NCBI GenBank assembly: GCA_045106895.1
Contig: JBGCFM010000046.1
Span: 68,448-132,447 of the forward strand
Length of the DNA stretch: 64,000 bases
From: Polyangiales bacterium
GTDB taxonomy: Bacteria; Myxococcota_A; Polyangia; Polyangiales; Houyiibacteriaceae
Reading direction: 5' to 3'
Part shown: in pieces, positions 61,802 through 64,000 of the stretch
Numbering within the stretch: the first letter of the stretch is position 1
Layout of the letters: each line of letters opens with the position of its first letter
Notes under the pieces: generated by a model
The model's input: the letters and a program-made list of their open reading frames with translations, nothing else
What the model was told of the DNA's origin: nothing
Database searches by the model: none
Position numbers and translations under genes: made by a program

Positions 61802-63760
61802 CTACTTGTCGCGTTGGCTGCCGGGGACCCAGCGGCGAAATCGGACGTGCGCGTCGCGGCGGTCCGGCTTCTTCACAGAACGCTCAAAGCGCTCGGCTGT
61901 CTCTTTCGTGACCTCGACGGTAGAGCTGCGTGGCCCGACGCGAATGGCGCCAACGTCTCCGCGGTCGACGCCGCCGCGGCGGCAGACGAGGGCGAGCAGG
62001 CGACGGGGGTCCGCGCCTTTCTCTTCGCCCCAGCTGACCTGGTAGGAGACGAACTCGCCGTCACGTCCACGGGATCCGCGCTTGGACTTCGCGAAGGAAG
62101 TGCCGACGCTCTTTGCGAAGCGGCCACGCCCAGGAGGCGCACTTCCGTCCGCTTCGCCGGATGTCGTCTGCAGGTGCGCAGGACGCTCGGTACGCTCCGG
62201 CCGTTCCGGCCGGGGAGCGCTTGGGCGCTCGGGCCGCTTCGACTCGTGTCGAGGTGCGTCCGTTCGTTCTGGGCGGGCTCGCTCAGGTCGCGCCGGGCGC
62301 TCGCTGCGTTCGTGACGGGCAGGGCGCTCGTGTCGCGGGCGGCGGTCGTCATGGTCCCGCGGATCACGCTTCGTTCCTTTGCGGCTCGCTTTTCGAGGCG
62401 CGCCGATGGTGCGTGGCTGGGTTGGCCCCTCGTGTCCGATGCGGTTGAGCAGCCGGGCGACGGCTTCCTGTGGCTCCATCTCCGCGAGGAGCTCGGCGGC
62501 GAGAGTGTGGATGTGCGCTGGCATATCGCCGGGCTCGCGGATGGCGGCGACGAGCCGGGCGTCGGCGGCGGCGCGAATCGACTCCGGGTCCGGTGGGTCG
62601 ATGAAGCCCGCGCGAATCTTCGCGTGACGTAGCAGCGACTCGACGCGTCGACGCGCACGAGGCGACACTAGGAGGACATTGCGGCCGTGTCGGCCTGCGC
62701 GGCCCGTGCGGCCGGAGCGGTGCGTGAGAGCTTCGGCGTTGTCCGGGAGGTCGACCTGAATGACCATGCCGATGTCATGAACATCGAGGCCGCGGGCAGC
62801 GACGTCCGTCGCAACGAGCACGCGAACGGAACCCTTACGGAAGCGGTCGAAGGTGGAGGTTCGCTCGCGCTGGGTCATCTCACCGTTTAGCGCCATGGCC
62901 GAGAAGCCAATGTCCGCGAGGCGTCGAGCGAGACCCGTTGTATCCAAGCGGGTCCGCACGAAGATGAGCGTCTTCTCTCCTTCAAAGCGCAGGAGGAGGT
63001 TGACGATGATGTCGAGCTGGTCGCTTGGATGCGCGAGCACGCAGCGGTGGTCGATGTCCGAGTTGGCTGCGCCGAGGGGCGTTCCTTCGATGTCGACGGG
63101 GTTCTTCTGGAGGCGGTTGGCGAGTCGCTTCGCCGCACCTGTGAACGTCGCTGAGACGAGGTGCGTGAGGCGGTCTGCTTCCGGCGGCGCGAATCCAAGG
63201 ATGCCGTCGAGCTCTTCTTCGAAGCCCATGTCGAGCATCTCGTCGGCCTCGTCGAGGACGACGACTTTCAAGAGATCAAGATTGACGGCGTCGCGGCGCA
63301 AGTGGTCCAAGAGGCGACCGGGCGTCCCGACGAGGACGTGGGCGCCGGCCTGCATTTCGCGGCGTTCCACCGTGTAAGAGGTGCCGCCGGTGACGACCTG
63401 AACCCGCTTGCCGAGGTCCGCGTAGAGCCAGCCAAGCTCGCGGCCGAGCTGGTTGGCGAGCTCTCTTGTGGGAGCGATAACGAGTGCCGTAGGGTGAGCC
63501 ACACCACGACGGCTGGGAGCGTCCTTCACGAGCTCTGCCATCGCGAGGCCCACGGCGACGGTCTTTCCCGAACCCGTCTGGGAGGTGAGGCGAAGGTTCC
63601 GCCCGGTCGCGTTTTCTTCGATCACCGCGGCCTGAATCGGCGTCAGAGCTTCGAACCCCCGCTTCTTGAGGGTTTCCCCGAGGCCGCAGGGCGCGGCCGA
63701 AAGTTGGGTGAAGTCCGTCTCTGTGGCGGATTCCGATTGCTCGTTGGGCTCTTGTTCCAT
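61802..63760 (-). CDS. DEAD-box RNA helicase with a DbpA-type RNA-binding C-terminal domain
   Basis: LTPIQ, SQTGSGKT, PTRELA, TPGRL, DEADEML, SAT, VATDVAARGLD, HRSGRTGRAG, RPER-rich linker, WG...ADPRRLL...CRRG...DVGAIR; GGAG RBS before ATG 63760. Confidence 0.95.
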   Translation of the reverse strand: MEQEPNEQSESATETDFTQLSAAPCGLGETLKKRGFEALTPIQAAVIEENATGRNLRLTSQTGSGKTVAVGLAMAELVKDAPSRRGVAHPTALVIAPTRELANQLGRELGWLYADLGKRVQVVTGGTSYTVERREMQAGAHVLVGTPGRLLDHLRRDAVNLDLLKVVVLDEADEMLDMGFEEELDGILGFAPPEADRLTHLVSATFTGAAKRLANRLQKNPVDIEGTPLGAANSDIDHRCVLAHPSDQLDIIVNLLLRFEGEKTLIFVRTRLDTTGLARRLADIGFSAMALNGEMTQRERTSTFDRFRKGSVRVLVATDVAARGLDVHDIGMVIQVDLPDNAEALTHRSGRTGRAGRHGRNVLLVSPRARRRVESLLRHAKIRAGFIDPPDPESIRAAADARLVAAIREPGDMPAHIHTLAAELLAEMEPQEAVARLLNRIGHEGPTQPRTIGAPRKASRKGTKRDPRDHDDRRPRHERPARHERSERPARPERARPERTDAPRHESKRPERPSAPRPERPERTERPAHLQTTSGEADGSAPPGRGRFAKSVGTSFAKSKRGSRGRDGEFVSYQVSWGEEKGADPRRLLALVCRRGGVDRGDVGAIRVGPRSSTVEVTKETAERFERSVKKPDRRDAHVRFRRWVPGSQRDK

Positions 63761-64000
63761 AGTCACTCCGCGCCTTGGTAGCAGGCCCTGGCGCCGGCGC
63801 ACGTGGGCATACGGCCACAAAGCGTGTCGAGAGGGGTACAGGTGAGGGTGAAGCCCTCTAGGATAGTGCCTGTATATAGGGGTGACGGGGGCTGGCGTGG
63901 GCTTTGCGTTGCTTTTGAAGATGGCAGTTCGAAGTCGGAAGATGCGTGTGTTGTGGGGACTCGTGGCGCTCACTTTGGTCGCAGCGTGTGTCGGAGTGTG

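Noticed and set aside
162..63818. Numerous long antisense or alternate-frame ORFs (e.g. 25415-26494, 26498-27451, 35630-36835, 45185-46141)
   Set aside because: These are expected shadows of GC-rich codon usage: Arg/Ala/Pro-rich, without motifs, and opposite well-supported genes.
1..64000. tRNA, rRNA, intact transposase/integrase, prophage or known anti-phage defence genes
   Set aside because: None was recognised by eye. Intergenic spaces are short and show no cloverleaf or T-loop signatures; a covariance-model scan would be needed to exclude small RNAs.

Overview
GC-rich, gene-dense bacterial chromosome segment with about 54 CDS. I recognised no rRNA, tRNA or CRISPR array. The gene repertoire points to Myxococcota, probably Polyangiales (inference): many lipoproteins with 'DAG' acidic linkers, a DUF1592/DUF1552 pair, a receptor Ser/Thr kinase, a serpin and CxxCH lipoproteins. 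Recognisable modules are modABC, a czcCBA-type RND pump, recQ, rimK, an ABC-F ATPase, a DEAD-box helicase and a class D beta-lactamase. Two candidate undescribed systems stand out. (1) A tightly coupled minus-strand cluster at 19848-28069 joins two TLC/Npt-type nucleotide translocases (one fused to HEAT repeats), a tandem cyclic-nucleotide-binding protein, an Omp85-like barrel and a lipoprotein with intact atypical-kinase motifs. I hypothesise it supplies ATP to an extracytoplasmic kinase. (2) Two tiny paralogous repeat-only lipopeptide genes at 60213-60805 sit directly upstream of a JmjC oxygenase, a RiPP-like arrangement. Also notable: a window-wide leaderless-promoter signature (TAnnnT 5-6 nt before start codons), a VOC-histone-H1-tail fusion, a recQ-membrane ATPase-MscS operon, a TDP2-like phosphodiesterase, a degenerate mini-GGDEF-like protein and two 5'-truncated genes. 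All family calls come from motifs read by eye; no searches were run.
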